From NCBI GenBank assembly GCA_903825945.1, contig CAIKCJ010000018.1:737-64736 (forward strand): a stretch of 64,000 nt of DNA, written 5' to 3'. The position numbers and the translations under genes were made by a program. Origin of the DNA: an uncultured Actinomycetes bacterium. Its GTDB lineage: Bacteria; Actinomycetota; Actinomycetes; Nanopelagicales; Nanopelagicaceae. Every line of letters starts with the position of its first letter. Within the stretch, counting starts at the first letter, position 1. The notes under the pieces were generated by a model. It saw nothing but the letters and a program-made list of their open reading frames with translations. It did not search any database and was not told the origin of the DNA. Below are positions 38,801-49,943 of the stretch, in pieces.

Positions 38801-38963
38801 AGGATACTGCTCGGCTTGGCCCTAGGACTTAGGCTTGAGGCACAGGAATAAGTCTAGATTCCCCGGAGTTCCACCTGTGCAGTGCTTAAGTTGCTAGTGT
38901 TCTGGCTAGCAGTATAACTATCGGTATGAGTATCGGTATAGGTACGGATATGGAGGTTGGCCC

Positions 38964-39914
38964 GTGAGTAATGACGATGACCAAGACTTCGATGACGCAC
39001 AGGACTCTGGCGAGATCGTCACAGAGGAGATGCTCTGGGAGCGTATCCCGCAGACCTCGGGGCTAGAGCGAGCCAATACCTTTTATGAATTAAGCGCCAG
39101 AATTTACGCGCGTGGCCAGTATGACGAGGCCCTTGCGCTCGCTGAGAGTGCTCGTGACATTTATGCAGAACTCGGTCCGATCGGAACATCCGACGGCTTA
39201 GCCCAGGCTTATTCGGCGATCGGTTACAACCTCAATCAACTCAAGCGAAATTCGGAAGCTGCCACCGCGATGAGCAAAGCTGTTGAGATTCTTCGTGAAT
39301 CCAAGTCTCCGCTCGCAATTGATCTTGCCTGCACATTAGGCGAGTGGTGGTTTGGTTCAAAGAATTACGAAAAGACAATCGAGTGCATGCGTGATTGCGT
39401 GCAAGAGCATCTTGTAGAAGGCAACGAGGGTGGCGCTGCAAATGATCTGCACCTCATTGGTTGCGCATATCGTGAGCTCAATCAACATGAGCAATCGCTG
39501 AGCGCGTTTAAGGAAGCTCGCTTACTATTCAAAAATCTTAAAGAGGTCATCAATGTTGCGCGTTGCGACCAAAAGATTGCTCATGCTCTTATCGAAATTG
39601 GTGATGGCGAATCAGCTCTGATCGCGGCACAAAAGTCTCTCGATGTTTTTGTTACTGCTCATGATCACCGTCGCGAAACATATTCATTGCTTGAACTTGG
39701 TAAAGCCCAGATTCTTACCGGTCAAGAACAAGAAGGACTCGACACGCTAGAGCGTGTTCTAGAAATCTCGACTGAGAGCGAATGGAAAGATTTCGAATTT
39801 ATTGTCGATATCGAACGACGTATAGCGGGCGTATTACGCTCACTTGGTCGCTTGGATGAGGCCGACGAAATCGAACGTCGCTTAACTTCAGTTACTGAAG
39901 TAACTGAGGATTAA
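38964..39914 (+). CDS. TPR-repeat protein, function unknown
   Basis: GTG start 7 nt after GGAGG. Acidic N-terminus, then TPR-like A/Y/L heptad patterns (for example YDEALALAESARDIY). Confidence 0.55.
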   Translation: MSNDDDQDFDDAQDSGEIVTEEMLWERIPQTSGLERANTFYELSARIYARGQYDEALALAESARDIYAELGPIGTSDGLAQAYSAIGYNLNQLKRNSEAATAMSKAVEILRESKSPLAIDLACTLGEWWFGSKNYEKTIECMRDCVQEHLVEGNEGGAANDLHLIGCAYRELNQHEQSLSAFKEARLLFKNLKEVINVARCDQKIAHALIEIGDGESALIAAQKSLDVFVTAHDHRRETYSLLELGKAQILTGQEQEGLDTLERVLEISTESEWKDFEFIVDIERRIAGVLRSLGRLDEADEIERRLTSVTEVTED

Positions 39915-40551
39915 GGTGTTGCATCGCCCATGCATACATGGCGATCGCACCAGCCGCTGAAGCATTCATTGAGCGCGTAGATCCATATTGCGCGATTGCG
40001 AGTACAACTTCGCATGCAGCAACACCTTCATCAGACATTCCTGCGCCTTCTTGACCAAAGAAGAGAACACATTTTTCTGGCAGCGGATAATTCTCCATCG
40101 CTTGAGAAATGGGAAGATTGTCGATTCCGATAATTGGGGTGTTATTTTGCGCGCACCATTCGGCAAAATCAGCAACTGTTGGATGATGCAGTACATGTAA
40201 ATACTTATCAGTCACCATTGCTCCACGCTTATTCCAATCGCGCTTACCTACGATGTGTACAAAAGACACATTGAAAGCATTCGCGGTTCGAACTACAGAA
40301 CCAATATTGAGATCGTGTTGCCAATTCTCAATTGCAATCTGCAGCGCATGGCGCTTGGTATCTAAGTCCGCGACAATCGCTGCTACGCTCCAATAGCGAT
40401 AGTGGTCTAAGACGTTTCGGCGATCACCTTTTTCTAAAAGCTCTGGATCAAACCAAGACTCAGTTGGCCAGGGCAAGGGATGCGGGCCCACACCTACGAC
40501 TGGGAAGAATTCCCCTGGACCTATCTCGGCGGGCGGAAGTTGAGTCGTCAC
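39892..40551 (-). CDS. TrmH/SpoU-family RNA 2'-O-methyltransferase
   Basis: NIGSVVRTANAF, LFFGQEGAGMS and SMNASAAGAIAMY SpoU motifs. Confidence 0.8.
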   Translation of the reverse strand: MTTQLPPAEIGPGEFFPVVGVGPHPLPWPTESWFDPELLEKGDRRNVLDHYRYWSVAAIVADLDTKRHALQIAIENWQHDLNIGSVVRTANAFNVSFVHIVGKRDWNKRGAMVTDKYLHVLHHPTVADFAEWCAQNNTPIIGIDNLPISQAMENYPLPEKCVLFFGQEGAGMSDEGVAACEVVLAIAQYGSTRSMNASAAGAIAMYAWAMQHLNPQLLQ

Positions 40552-40601
40552 TACTGCACTTTAATCCATGATTTCTCTGCTCAAGACGGCATAATCCGCC
40601 T

Positions 40602-41747
40602 ATGCCTCGTGTTGGATGGACCGGACGTATTGGACGAAAGTCGGCTGTAGCCCTTGGCGCCGCAGCTCTTCTTCTCGCCTGCACCGCCACTGCCCAGGCT
40701 CTGACGGTTCCCGAGAGTTTCGTCCACTTTGCATCCTCCCCAACACTCGAGAGTCCCGGAATTATTCTGATCGACCCAACGACGAACGCAACAATCTTTG
40801 CCAACGATGCTGATGTGGATCGCGCTCCTGCATCTGTGCTCAAATTATTTTCCATGACGACAGTGCTTAATACTTTTAGCCCGGACACAACATTCACGAC
40901 GTCGTTGAATACGACCGCTACGCCGGGTACATATGTGATGTTGGGTCAGGGCGATCCGTGGATTACCGCCTCACCATATGAAGCAACTAAGTACCATCGC
41001 GCTTTTTCACCTGGGCTGATTAATACTCTCTTGGCGAAGCACCACAGCCTTCGCGCTCTGACGCTGCAATACAGCGGGGTTTATACCCAAGATGTATTTA
41101 ATTTGAAGAAATATTTTGCTGGCAGAGTTCGAATCACGCTCCAACCTATCGCCTCTCCATCTGCGGCGAAGGCTGCGGCGGTTACAGAGATTGGCCACAT
41201 CACATCTCCAAAGCTCGCTTCCATCGTTGAATTCTGTCTTCTCTGGAGTGATAACGTTTTGGCCGATCGTCTCGCTCGTACGGCCGCAAATCAATTGGGA
41301 TTTGGCACAGGCAGCGATGCAATTCAAAGTGCATTTGAAAAAACACTCAATGACTACAATATTCCAAGTACTGGGTTAGTCATTAAAGATGGCAATGGAC
41401 TCTCGCATGACACTCGAGTCAGTGTTCGACAGATAGCCGATCTGCTCCTAGTCATACGACAGAATCCTAAGTTCAAAGTTATCTATCAAGGGCTACCAAC
41501 AGCCGGCAAGACAGGAACGCTTAAAAATCGCTTTGTTACTGATGCTCCCAATGCGGTTGGCCTAGTGAGAGCTAAAACCGGTACTTTGAGCACCACCATC
41601 AGTCTGGCTGGTTATGTCACTGTTGGACCAAAGCAGTATGTATTTGCTGTAGTGGCTGACCACATTCACAAGCACAACGCGGATGCGGCAGCAGCCATGA
41701 CAGACATCGACAAGATGCTCGGCACTATTGCGAGACCTCAGTCGTGA
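40602..41747 (+). CDS. dacB: D-alanyl-D-alanine carboxypeptidase/endopeptidase (PBP4, S13 family), lipoprotein
   Basis: Lipobox LLLAC, SxxK ASVLK, SxN WSDN and KTG KTGTL. Confidence 0.8.
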   Translation: MPRVGWTGRIGRKSAVALGAAALLLACTATAQALTVPESFVHFASSPTLESPGIILIDPTTNATIFANDADVDRAPASVLKLFSMTTVLNTFSPDTTFTTSLNTTATPGTYVMLGQGDPWITASPYEATKYHRAFSPGLINTLLAKHHSLRALTLQYSGVYTQDVFNLKKYFAGRVRITLQPIASPSAAKAAAVTEIGHITSPKLASIVEFCLLWSDNVLADRLARTAANQLGFGTGSDAIQSAFEKTLNDYNIPSTGLVIKDGNGLSHDTRVSVRQIADLLLVIRQNPKFKVIYQGLPTAGKTGTLKNRFVTDAPNAVGLVRAKTGTLSTTISLAGYVTVGPKQYVFAVVADHIHKHNADAAAAMTDIDKMLGTIARPQS

Positions 41748-41760
41748 GTATGATGAAGCT

Positions 41761-42645
41761 ATGACTCAGCGGGGAGCAGCGCCATATATCGCGCTCATGA
41801 AGCTACGAGTTGTAGAGCTTCTTCTTGTCACGACACTTCCTGCGCTATTTCTTGCAACCTATGCCTCAAATCACGCACATAAGTACCCATCGCTCAAACT
41901 CACACTAGCTACTCTCATCGGTGGAACTTTGGCTGCCGGTGCATCTAACGCCTTTAACATGATCATCGAAGTCGATTCCGATCGCAAGATGAAGCGCACC
42001 GATAAGCGTCCGCTAGTGAGTGGTGAGATCACTGTTCAAGCTGCATTTGGATTCGCTCTTGCACTTGCTATCGCATCGCTCGTTATCTTCTTCATCTTTA
42101 CGACGGTCTGGGCCACAGCGCTCACACTGATTGCAATTATTTTCTATGTCTTTGTTTACACGATCGGGCTTAAGCGCCGGACCTCCCAAAATATCGTCTG
42201 GGGTGGAATAGCAGGTTGCATGCCTGTGCTAATCGGTTGGGCGGCCGTAACAAATTCACTCTCACTTACTGCGTGGCTCTTCTTCCTATTAATTTTCTTT
42301 TGGACACCACCACATTTCTGGGCTCTGGCGATCAAATATAAAGATGACTACGCCGCTGCAGGTATACCGATGCTCCCAGTGGTTGCGAGCATTAAGTCGG
42401 TACAACGACAGATGTGGTTCCACACGATTGGGATGATTGCAGCCTCGCTAGGAGTATTAGCTAGCGCACATATGCCAGTGTGGATCTGGGCGATCACAAT
42501 CCTCATAGGACTTGGATTCATCGTTCAATTAGTCAAGATCGACGGCGCTGATTCTGGTGCTGCAGCAGCAAAGCTCTTTCAGTGGTCGATTACTTACCTC
42601 AGCGTCTATTCACTGCTTCTTGTCATTGGCGTTCTCGTCGCTTAA
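41761..42645 (+). CDS. ctaB: Protoheme IX farnesyltransferase (heme O synthase)
   Basis: UbiA motif NMIIEVDSDRKMKRTDKRPL. I prefer the ATG at 41761 (MTQRGAAPYIALMKLRVVELL) over the TTG at 41728. Confidence 0.85.
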   Translation: MTQRGAAPYIALMKLRVVELLLVTTLPALFLATYASNHAHKYPSLKLTLATLIGGTLAAGASNAFNMIIEVDSDRKMKRTDKRPLVSGEITVQAAFGFALALAIASLVIFFIFTTVWATALTLIAIIFYVFVYTIGLKRRTSQNIVWGGIAGCMPVLIGWAAVTNSLSLTAWLFFLLIFFWTPPHFWALAIKYKDDYAAAGIPMLPVVASIKSVQRQMWFHTIGMIAASLGVLASAHMPVWIWAITILIGLGFIVQLVKIDGADSGAAAAKLFQWSITYLSVYSLLLVIGVLVA

Positions 42646-42713
42646 GGCGCCGAGTTATCCACAGATCTAGATTTTCCTCTTTTAATCCCTGAATTAACCC
42701 CTACCTTTTCGCA

Positions 42714-43625
42714 ATGAGCGATAACAGCTATGCGATCTCTGTTGAAGGGCTTTCTAAGAATTACGGAACGAGGCGAAGTGTTTCGGCTCTGACCTTCAAC
42801 GTTCCATATGGTTCGATCTGCGGATTTGTTGGGCCTAATGGATCCGGTAAAACAACCACGATGCGAATGCTCTTGTCTCTCATCTCCAAAACATCGGGAG
42901 AGGGTCGTGTCCTCGGTTCTGCGATTAGCGAGCCAATGAAATACCTCGATCGAGTTGGGGCGATGATTGAAGGGCCCGCTTTTTATCCATCCATGAGCGG
43001 TGTTGAGAATCTAAAAATATTTGCACGGATGGGTGGTCTGCGCGGGACCGATCCCAACTCATTACTTGCACAAGTAGGACTTGCTCAGCGTGGAACATCG
43101 AAATACAAAACGTATTCACTCGGCATGAAGCAGCGATTGGGGATAGCAGCAGCTCTCATTCTCGATCCCGAACTACTTATTCTGGACGAACCGACCAATG
43201 GGTTAGATCCAAATGGAATACAAGAAATTCGTGAACTCATCACGGGGCTTGCGCAAAGCGGTCGAACAATCTTCATCTCATCACATCTACTGAGCGAACT
43301 TGAAGTTATCTGCGATTACTTTGTCATGCTCAAAGCGGGCGAATTGATGTACGCGGGCTTTAAGGAGGGCTTGCTCGGAGGAAATAATTGCGATCTCATC
43401 GCAAAGCCCGAATTTGGGGTAGATCTTGCAAATCTGGCCAACATAGCTGCACTTCGTGGGTTAGATACATCAATCCGTGGTGGTTTCCTGCACATTCAAA
43501 GAGCAGGAGAGCTAGCTGCAGAGTTCAATCGTTGGGCCTGTGAAGAAGAGATTTATTTGCAATCACTGACAACATCATCACCTTCGTTAGAGACAAAATT
43601 CTTTGAAATGAGCGCCAACCAATGA
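42714..43625 (+). CDS. ABC transporter ATP-binding protein (ABC-2 type exporter)
   Basis: Walker A GPNGSGKTT, signature-like YSLGMKQRL and Walker B LLILDEP. Confidence 0.85.
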   Translation: MSDNSYAISVEGLSKNYGTRRSVSALTFNVPYGSICGFVGPNGSGKTTTMRMLLSLISKTSGEGRVLGSAISEPMKYLDRVGAMIEGPAFYPSMSGVENLKIFARMGGLRGTDPNSLLAQVGLAQRGTSKYKTYSLGMKQRLGIAAALILDPELLILDEPTNGLDPNGIQEIRELITGLAQSGRTIFISSHLLSELEVICDYFVMLKAGELMYAGFKEGLLGGNNCDLIAKPEFGVDLANLANIAALRGLDTSIRGGFLHIQRAGELAAEFNRWACEEEIYLQSLTTSSPSLETKFFEMSANQ

Positions 43626-44395
43626 GCTCTCGAACCATGAGTAAATCAGCGTTCGATGCCACTCGAGGTGAGCTCCTTAAATTTCGGAGGTTAAGTTTCC
43701 TGCTTTCGGTCTTTGGATCGCTGGGAGTATTGACTCTCTTGATTGTTGGTTTTGCCTGGTCACGAGCTGAGAAACATTCCTCCTCAATGAACCTGACCAC
43801 TGGATTTGATATGGCCCTGTTCTTCCTAGGGATTCTCACACTCTGTATCTGCGCTTCTTACACGGCACAGGAGTACACATACGGAACTCTGCGCAATGTG
43901 CTTGTGCTAACCCCATCACGACAAGCATTTTTGATAGGCAAGCTGAGCGCACTCTCCGCGCTCATATTCTTTCTTACTCTCTATACATTTCTCGTATCGA
44001 GTGTGGTCTCACTTTTTATGAGCGGACGACATGGAGTTAACCTCATCCCGTCTCTAGAAGGAAAAGCTCTGCTTACGACGCTGGCACATTGCCTCAATGG
44101 ATTTCTCGGAACAATGGCGCTGGGAATATTTGGAATTGCTCTTGGACTTATCACTAGATCACCGATCATTGCCATCTCACTTGGATTGCTCTGGTCCCTC
44201 ATTATTGAGAGTGCGCTCGGTGGAGCGTTGCCTCGAATTGGCAGATGGTTACCTACAGCAAATTTTGAAAGCCTGGCTCAAAGCGGCGCGACAGGATTTA
44301 CCTATATTCACTGCCTGGGTTTGAGTGCCTTCTACCTCCTTTTGATTTCACTGCCTGCGCTCTATCTATTTAAGCAGCGAGATGTCTCACAGTAA
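43622..44395 (+). CDS. ABC-2 type transporter permease
   Basis: 257 aa, about 6 TM, with a 4-nt overlap with the ATPase gene. Confidence 0.7.
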   Translation: MSSRTMSKSAFDATRGELLKFRRLSFLLSVFGSLGVLTLLIVGFAWSRAEKHSSSMNLTTGFDMALFFLGILTLCICASYTAQEYTYGTLRNVLVLTPSRQAFLIGKLSALSALIFFLTLYTFLVSSVVSLFMSGRHGVNLIPSLEGKALLTTLAHCLNGFLGTMALGIFGIALGLITRSPIIAISLGLLWSLIIESALGGALPRIGRWLPTANFESLAQSGATGFTYIHCLGLSAFYLLLISLPALYLFKQRDVSQ

Positions 44396-44483
44396 GTCAC
44401 AGCCAGTTATGAGTGTTAAAAACGGGTTATGAGGGGGCCCATGAATTATCCTTGAGGAAATCTTCCCAAGGAGAATCTTTTTC

Positions 44484-45716
44484 ATGAAGCGCCATATCCA
44501 TGTAGCGATGATCGCAGCAATGATCGCGGTTACTGGGCTTTCCACACCCGTTTATGGCGCCACACCAACCCCAACTCCTAAGCCAAAGGTAACCGCGCCG
44601 ACAAAAGCTCAAATCGCGGCAGCTCAGGCAGCAGAAAATGCGAAGGCTGCAGCAGCTGCAGCAGCAACGCAGAAGTTGGTCGCAGCAACGAATGTTCTCT
44701 CTCAACTCACCGCCGCTGCGCAAGTGGCTCGTGGCAAATTAGTTCAAGCGCAAGGCGCGCTTGCAGTTGCGACAGCCCGCGCTAATGCCGCGGCCGCTCA
44801 CGCCGCTCTTACAGAAGTTGCAGTGCAGCAAGCAACGCAGGCCATCGGACGTATGGCCGCAAATGCATATATGTCGGGTGGCGACTTCACCACAGTCAAC
44901 AGCGTCCTTGATGCCAATGGCCCGCAAGATCTCATTGATCGTCTTGGAGTTCTCAATCAAGTTGGTGCATCTGATTCGGTTGCACTCGCACGATACAAAT
45001 CTGCACTTGTCATTGCGCAAGCAGCGCAAGTTGCAGCGACCGCAGCTCGTGCGATTCAAGTGACTGCAACAGCAAAGGTTGCTTCCGCAAAGAAGGTTGC
45101 CGATGCAGCACAGGCAGCCCAGCAAGTTGAGGTCAACGCTCTCAAAGCAGAGCAGGCGCAGTTGATGGCAGAGCTTGCAAAGGCTCGCACATTCCGCATC
45201 ACCTTGCAGCAACAACTTGCGATGTCTCAGCTTGAACAAGCAAGTGCAAATACTGCGGCTCATACTCCGGGACAAGCAAAAATCTGGCCCGATCGCCACT
45301 GGGGCGGCAGAACAAATATCCTCTCCACACCGGATATCCGCGCTGCAGCCGTGGCATTCGCTCGAACACAAGTGCTTGCACGCAAACCATATGTATGGGG
45401 CGCCGCGGGACCTAACAGTTTTGACTGCTCCGGCTTGGCGTACGCATCATATAAAGCTGCTGGGCTTGGTTATCCGAACTGGCAGCGTGTGACTGCTGCG
45501 CTCTACTTTGTAGATACTCAACGCGTTCCACTGTCAGATCTCGTTCCAGGCGATCTACTTTTTTATTCTTACGATGGAACAGTTCAAAATATCCACCATG
45601 TCACCATCTACGCAGGTAACGGAATGATGTGGGAAGCAAACTCGACTCGAACTGGCCTACTCTTCTCAAGCATCTATAGCGTTGCAGGATTGATGCCATC
45701 CGGTGGTCGCGTCTAG
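44484..45716 (+). CDS. Secreted NlpC/P60 (C40) peptidoglycan endopeptidase with Ala/Gln-rich coiled-coil N-domain (RipA/RipC-like)
   Basis: Signal peptide, PTPTPKPK linker and a long Ala-rich coiled coil. The C-terminal domain has KPYVWGAAGPNSFDCSGL (catalytic Cys) and HHVTIY. Confidence 0.85.
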   Translation: MKRHIHVAMIAAMIAVTGLSTPVYGATPTPTPKPKVTAPTKAQIAAAQAAENAKAAAAAAATQKLVAATNVLSQLTAAAQVARGKLVQAQGALAVATARANAAAAHAALTEVAVQQATQAIGRMAANAYMSGGDFTTVNSVLDANGPQDLIDRLGVLNQVGASDSVALARYKSALVIAQAAQVAATAARAIQVTATAKVASAKKVADAAQAAQQVEVNALKAEQAQLMAELAKARTFRITLQQQLAMSQLEQASANTAAHTPGQAKIWPDRHWGGRTNILSTPDIRAAAVAFARTQVLARKPYVWGAAGPNSFDCSGLAYASYKAAGLGYPNWQRVTAALYFVDTQRVPLSDLVPGDLLFYSYDGTVQNIHHVTIYAGNGMMWEANSTRTGLLFSSIYSVAGLMPSGGRV

Positions 45717-45720
45717 TTCG

Positions 45721-46674
45721 ATGAAAGCCACTCTGCAGATTCGTCAGGCAGTAAGACCGTGGATTAAAAAAGCTCAAGCACGAGTTCTTATCGGAGTCTC
45801 TGGCGGTGCAGATTCGATGGCGCTTGCAATCGGGACTTACCTAGAAGCACGAACAGCTAACGTCGAAGTAATCGCATTTATTATTGATCACGATCTGCAA
45901 GAAGGATCGGCAGGTGTCGCAGAAGTCGCGCGTGAAGATTTACTTAAACTTGGTATTACGCACGTGATTATTAAAAAAGTGAACGTTGTTTTGACAGATG
46001 GCTTAGAGGCATCAGCCCGTCGTGCCAGATACTCTGCATTTAATGAAGCAATCGCTGAACTCGATCCCGATTTATTTTTCTTGGCGCATACCCTCAATGA
46101 TCAGGCCGAAAGCGTTCTTCTTGGTCTAGCTCGCGGTTCTGGAACACGATCGCTCTCCGGTATGGCCGAAGTAAATGGAAAGTTTGTGCGACCGTTGCTC
46201 GACGTAGGAAGAGAAGTAACGCTTGCGTGCTGTGTAGAAAATCAGATTGTTCCGTGGAGTGATCCGCACAATGCAGATCCGGCATATAGCCGTGTTCGCG
46301 TGCGCAACGAAATTCTTCCCCTGATGGAAGAACGAATTGGCCCAGGGATCGTTGACGCCCTAGGACGTAGCGCCAAGATTCTTCGGCAAGATAGCGACGC
46401 CCTGGATTCCTATGCCCTGGGATTTTTAGGCGAGTGGCAGGGTGGGGGATTTGAGATCGCCGACCTAGCTCAGCTACCCCAAGCGGTGCGAATTCGGGTC
46501 CTCCGTGAGGCGATTTTCCGGACCGGAGCCCCATTAGGCTCGCTGAGCGCGGATCATCTGGCCCCGGTTGAGGCGCTGATCACAGATTGGCATGGCCAAG
46601 GCGTAATTTCCCTCCCAGGTGGTGTGAAGGTGGAGCGAATTTCGGGCAGACTTTCGCTCTTAGCCCAGGCTTAG
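45721..46674 (+). CDS. tilS: tRNA(Ile)-lysidine synthase
   Basis: PP-loop GVSGGADSMAL. I prefer the ATG at 45721 over the GTG at 45703, which overlaps the previous gene. Confidence 0.8.
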   Translation: MKATLQIRQAVRPWIKKAQARVLIGVSGGADSMALAIGTYLEARTANVEVIAFIIDHDLQEGSAGVAEVAREDLLKLGITHVIIKKVNVVLTDGLEASARRARYSAFNEAIAELDPDLFFLAHTLNDQAESVLLGLARGSGTRSLSGMAEVNGKFVRPLLDVGREVTLACCVENQIVPWSDPHNADPAYSRVRVRNEILPLMEERIGPGIVDALGRSAKILRQDSDALDSYALGFLGEWQGGGFEIADLAQLPQAVRIRVLREAIFRTGAPLGSLSADHLAPVEALITDWHGQGVISLPGGVKVERISGRLSLLAQA

Positions 46675-46714
46675 CCCAACCCACCGGCGGCAAGTCTTTC
46701 TCAAAAGGAGCATC

Positions 46715-47266
46715 GTGGATCTAGCAACAAGCAGCGCTGATATCGAGAGCATCGTAGTAACCAGCGAAGAGATCCAGAATCGAATTAATGAGCTAGCTCG
46801 TCTTGTAGAAAAAGATTACGCAGATAAGAACCTGCTCGTTATCGGAATTCTTAAAGGTGCCGTCATGACGATGGCAGATTTTGTGCGCGCGCTCAATATT
46901 CATATCGAAATGGATTGGATGGCGGTCACTTCTTATGGTTCGGGAACAAAATCAAGCGGAGTAGTGCGCATTCTCAAGGATCTTGACCGTGACATCACAA
47001 ATCGCCATGTTCTGATTGTTGAAGATATCGTCGACACCGGTCTCACACTCTCATGGCTCAAATCAAATTTGGAATCACGTGGCACTGCAAGTGTGGAAAT
47101 TTTGACGATGCTTCGCAAGCCAGAAGCTGCAAAAGTGGAAGTCAATGTGAAATATGTGGGCTTTGATATTCCAACAGAATTTGTTGTGGGTTACGGTTTA
47201 GATTTCGATGAAAAGTATCGCAACCTTGACTTTATTGGTGTACTAGCAAAGAGAGTGTATTCCTGA
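46715..47266 (+). CDS. hpt: Hypoxanthine-guanine phosphoribosyltransferase
   Basis: PRPP motif VLIVEDIVDTGLTL. AAAGGAG lies upstream of the GTG start. Confidence 0.9.
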   Translation: MDLATSSADIESIVVTSEEIQNRINELARLVEKDYADKNLLVIGILKGAVMTMADFVRALNIHIEMDWMAVTSYGSGTKSSGVVRILKDLDRDITNRHVLIVEDIVDTGLTLSWLKSNLESRGTASVEILTMLRKPEAAKVEVNVKYVGFDIPTEFVVGYGLDFDEKYRNLDFIGVLAKRVYS

Positions 47267-49314
47267 TGGCGAACAAGAAAAAAATCAAAATCAAGGATAA
47301 GCGCGTACGGAGCATTCTCCGCGGTCCGCTATTTTGGATCGTTGTTGCTCTCGTAACCGTTGTAATTTTTGGACGTATCTCTAATACTGGTCAGACATGG
47401 ACCGATGTCTCTACATCGACGATCTTGTCCGATATCGCGCAGAGTAAAGTGCAGTCAGCCCTACTCATTGATAAAGATCAGCGCATTCAGATTGTTTTGA
47501 AATCTGGAAATAGCGTTAACGGATCTACTCATTTGCAGGCTCAATATGTTGCAAATGAAGAGCCACAAATTACAGCGCTACTTACCACTAACCCACCAGC
47601 AAGTAAGTGGGATGTAAAGGTCCCTTCCACATCTTTTCTTGAGCAAATTTTCCTAAGTTTTGCACCACTTCTGCTCATCGGTTTCCTACTCTTGCTCTTC
47701 ATGGGCAACGCTCAAGGTGGGCGTAAAGTCTTCACTTTTGGTCGCTCTAAAGCCAAAATGCAGAGCCCGGATGCTCCCAAAAATACCTTTGCCGATGTAG
47801 CTGGCGCTGATGAAGCAGTTGCTGAACTGAGAGAGATTAAAGATTTCTTAGCTGACCCTAAGAAGTATCAAGACATAGGCGCGAAGATTCCTAAAGGTGT
47901 CTTGCTTTACGGTCCTCCTGGAACAGGTAAAACACTTTTGGCTCGCGCAGTTGCGGGTGAAGCAAAAGTTCCGTTCTACTCAATCTCAGGTTCTGTGTTT
48001 GTTGAAATGTTTGTTGGAGTCGGAGCTTCACGCGTGCGCGATCTCTTTGCGCAAGCCAAAGCCAACGCACCAGCAATTATTTTCCTCGATGAAATTGATG
48101 CTGTTGGTCGTCAACGTGGAGCCGGACTTGGCGGCGGTAACGATGAGCGCGAACAGACACTCAATCAACTCTTAGTCGAGATGGATGGCTTTGAAGCCAA
48201 TGCTCAAGTAATTCTGATTGCCGCTACTAACCGTCCAGATGTTTTGGATCCTGCGCTATTGCGTCCTGGACGTTTCGATCGACAAATTCCAGTAGACCGA
48301 CCTGATCTCAAAGGCCGTACCGCGATTTTGAAGGTGCACGCAAAGAACAAGCCTCTTGCTAAGAGTGTTGATCTTGAAGCATTTGCAAAGCGCACTCCAG
48401 GATTCACTGGCGCTGATCTTGCAAACGTTCTCAACGAAGCTGCACTTCTTACAGCTCGAGAGAATGCCAAAGTAATTACAGTGTTGGCACTCGATGAAGC
48501 CATCGACCGTGTCATGGCTGGACCTCAAAGAAGTTCACATCTCATGACAGAAGAAGAGCGCCGCATCACTGCGTATCACGAGGGTGGACACGCACTCGTA
48601 GCATTCGCATTGCCACGCACCGATCCTGTTCAAAAAATTACCATCATGCCTCGTGGCCGCGCATTGGGTTACACAATGATCGTTCCCGATGAAGATCGTT
48701 ATGCAACTACCCGCAGCCAGATGCTCGATCAGTTGGCGTACTCGTTGGGTGGTCGCGCTGCTGAAGAACTGGTTTTCCATGATCCAACCACAGGGGCCTC
48801 GAATGACATCGAAAAGGCGACAAATCTGGCTCGCGCGATGGTCACCCAATTTGGAATGACTGAGAAAATTGGCGCAATCAAGCTTGGAATCAGCGAGAGC
48901 GAGCCATTCTTGGGCCGCGACTACGGACATCAGCGCGACTATTCTGAGAGCGTTGCTAGCGTCGTTGACTCCGAGATTCGCTCCCTCATTGAAAATGCGC
49001 ACCAAGAAGCATTCGATATTTTGGCCACTAACCGTGAAATTCTTGATCAGTTAGTGATCGAACTTCTTGAAAAGGAGACCCTCCTTAAGGAAGATATTGA
49101 TCGAATCTTTGCGAACACAGTGAAAGTGGCACTACGCCCTGCATGGACAGGTTCAGCAACACGAGTTCCATCAACCCAGCCACCAGTCGAGATGTCGGCG
49201 GCCAAGCCACTCTCACTAACTGAGTTAGCTGAAGGTGATGCACCTGTAAAGGAAAAGAAAGCACGTGCGCCTCGCAAGAAGGCAGATCCTAAGCCAGATA
49301 CAACGCAGGCCTAA
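47266..49314 (+). CDS. ftsH: ATP-dependent zinc metalloprotease FtsH
   Basis: Walker [12 protein letters not shown], the SRH region and the zinc site HEGGHAL. Confidence 0.95.
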   Translation: MANKKKIKIKDKRVRSILRGPLFWIVVALVTVVIFGRISNTGQTWTDVSTSTILSDIAQSKVQSALLIDKDQRIQIVLKSGNSVNGSTHLQAQYVANEEPQITALLTTNPPASKWDVKVPSTSFLEQIFLSFAPLLLIGFLLLLFMGNAQGGRKVFTFGRSKAKMQSPDAPKNTFADVAGADEAVAELREIKDFLADPKKYQDIGAKIPKGVLLYGPPGTGKTLLARAVAGEAKVPFYSISGSVFVEMFVGVGASRVRDLFAQAKANAPAIIFLDEIDAVGRQRGAGLGGGNDEREQTLNQLLVEMDGFEANAQVILIAATNRPDVLDPALLRPGRFDRQIPVDRPDLKGRTAILKVHAKNKPLAKSVDLEAFAKRTPGFTGADLANVLNEAALLTARENAKVITVLALDEAIDRVMAGPQRSSHLMTEEERRITAYHEGGHALVAFALPRTDPVQKITIMPRGRALGYTMIVPDEDRYATTRSQMLDQLAYSLGGRAAEELVFHDPTTGASNDIEKATNLARAMVTQFGMTEKIGAIKLGISESEPFLGRDYGHQRDYSESVASVVDSEIRSLIENAHQEAFDILATNREILDQLVIELLEKETLLKEDIDRIFANTVKVALRPAWTGSATRVPSTQPPVEMSAAKPLSLTELAEGDAPVKEKKARAPRKKADPKPDTTQA

Positions 49315-49316
49315 AA

Positions 49317-49943
49317 ATGTCAGATGTGAATCCGATCAGCATGGGACCTCATGATGGGCGGGCGCGCTCAGAGTTCGATCAAGAGCGCGCAGAGCGAGCC
49401 GTTACAGAATTGCTTTTGGCTATCGGCGAAGATCCATCACGCGATGGTTTGCGCGATACGCCAGCGCGTGTAGCACGAGCTTTTCGAGAGAATTTCGAAG
49501 GACTCTGGCAGTCACCTGAAGATATTTTAACGACGACATTTGATATCGGGCATAAAGAACTTGTGATTGTGCGCGACATCGAGATTTTTTCTCACTGCGA
49601 ACATCACCTCACTCCATTCCATGGAGTGGCGCACATCGGATATATTCCTGGCGAGTCAGGCAGAATTACAGGTATCTCCAAACTCGCACGACTTGTTGAT
49701 CTCTATGCGCGCAGACCACAAGTTCAAGAGCGGCTTACTACGCAGATTGCTGATGCAATCGTAGAAATTTTGGATCCCGCGGGAGTGATTGTCATTATTG
49801 ATTGCCAGCATATGTGCATGTCAATGCGTGGAGTTAAGAAATCTCAAGCCCGCACGACAACATCGGCTGTCCGTGGACAGTTGCGCAACCCTGCTACGCG
49901 CGCAGAAGCGATGGCTCTCATTACATCTTCACAGCGCTCATGA
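49317..49943 (+). CDS. folE: GTP cyclohydrolase I
   Basis: [11 protein letters not shown] and conserved synteny after ftsH. Confidence 0.9.
   Translation: MSDVNPISMGPHDGRARSEFDQERAERAVTELLLAIGEDPSRDGLRDTPARVARAFRENFEGLWQSPEDILTTTFDIGHKELVIVRDIEIFSHCEHHLTPFHGVAHIGYIPGESGRITGISKLARLVDLYARRPQVQERLTTQIADAIVEILDPAGVIVIIDCQHMCMSMRGVKKSQARTTTSAVRGQLRNPATRAEAMALITSSQRS

Noticed and set aside
38925-38952. Degenerate tandem-like repeats TATCGGTATGAG / TATCGGTATAGG / TACGGATATGG upstream of the TPR gene
   Set aside because: There are only two to three imperfect copies and they overlap the probable -10/SD region. They are too short and degenerate to call a repeat element or an operator array.
44396-44483. 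Possible ydaO/c-di-AMP riboswitch upstream of the NlpC/P60 hydrolase, a common association in Actinobacteria
   Set aside because: The spacer is only 88 nt, too short for that element. I could not recognise its conserved cores. Only a small hairpin (CCTTG...CAAGG) overlapping the SD is present.
44739-45371. 210-aa Cys-rich ORF antisense to the NlpC/P60 gene
   Set aside because: It is an artefact of reading the GCN-rich Ala/Gln coiled-coil region backwards, since GCA/GCT reversed gives TGC/AGC. It has no RBS and no family resemblance.
42714-45716. ABC transporter plus coiled-coil NlpC/P60 as an FtsEX-RipC-like hydrolase-activation module
   Set aside because: The permease is a 6-TM ABC-2 type protein without the large extracytoplasmic domain of FtsX. 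An 88-bp gap separates the genes. Adjacency alone is insufficient.
46094-46534. 146-aa ORF antisense to tilS. Similar antisense or off-frame ORFs occur at 48535..49005 (ftsH), 7314..7706 (livG-like), 24841..25233 and 25512..25952 (guaB1) and 40460..40897
   Set aside because: All are embedded in strongly supported genes and lack motifs, SD sequences or sensible composition.
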